In this document: in pieces, positions 63,901 through 64,000 of the stretch
Layout of the letters: each line of letters opens with the position of its first letter
Numbering within the stretch: the stretch's first letter is position 1
DNA from: Lama guanicoe
Taxonomy: Eukaryota
Length of the DNA: 64,000 bases
Direction: 5' to 3'
Assembly (NCBI GenBank): GCA_013239625.1
Contig: MU053934.1
Span: forward strand, 3,490,399 to 3,554,398
Notes under the pieces: model-generated
Told to the model about the DNA's origin: nothing
Databases searched by the model: none
The model's input: only the letters and a program-made list of their open reading frames with translations
Program-made: the position numbers and the translations under genes

Positions 63901-64000
63901 CCCTGTGGGCTGTGAGGCCCCGGGGAAGGAGGCGCTCACGTTGATGGAGCTTCTGCCATGAGTGGACTTTTAAACAGGACCCATGTGGATGCTCACAACA

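Noticed and set aside
57800..64000. A downstream neighbouring gene
   Set aside because: Only repeats and short GC-rich ORFs; no recognisable coding exon.

Overview
Mammalian genomic DNA, probably camelid (tRNA-derived SINEs resembling camelid Vic-1; inference). The window holds essentially the whole TRIOBP locus on the + strand (TRIO and F-actin binding protein; human DFNB28 deafness gene). I reconstructed 21 coding exons with GT-AG boundaries and consistent phases from ATG 3348 to TAG 55513-55515 (6171 nt, 2056 aa). Also visible: a CpG-island first exon for the short PH/coiled-coil isoform TRIOBP-1 (34233-34406), the intron-read-through stop of TRIOBP-4 (18704-18706), and a 3'UTR exon with AATAAA at 57748. 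Less obvious structure: (1) a homogeneous 102-bp coding tandem array in the giant exon, apparently in place of the human R1 actin-binding array; (2) a decayed 3.2-kb antisense provirus (two LTRs, PBS, PPT) that splits a MIR just behind the TRIOBP-4 stop; (3) a MIR-derived alternative terminal exon with an intact frame (TRIOBP-2-like); (4) an internal GC-rich first-exon candidate in frame with exon 4 but without an in-frame AUG; (5) several uORF and splicing oddities. Exon numbers follow human convention. All comparisons with human and mouse proteins and all repeat family names are from memory and need database confirmation. There is one 240-N assembly gap. I found no prokaryotic-type systems.
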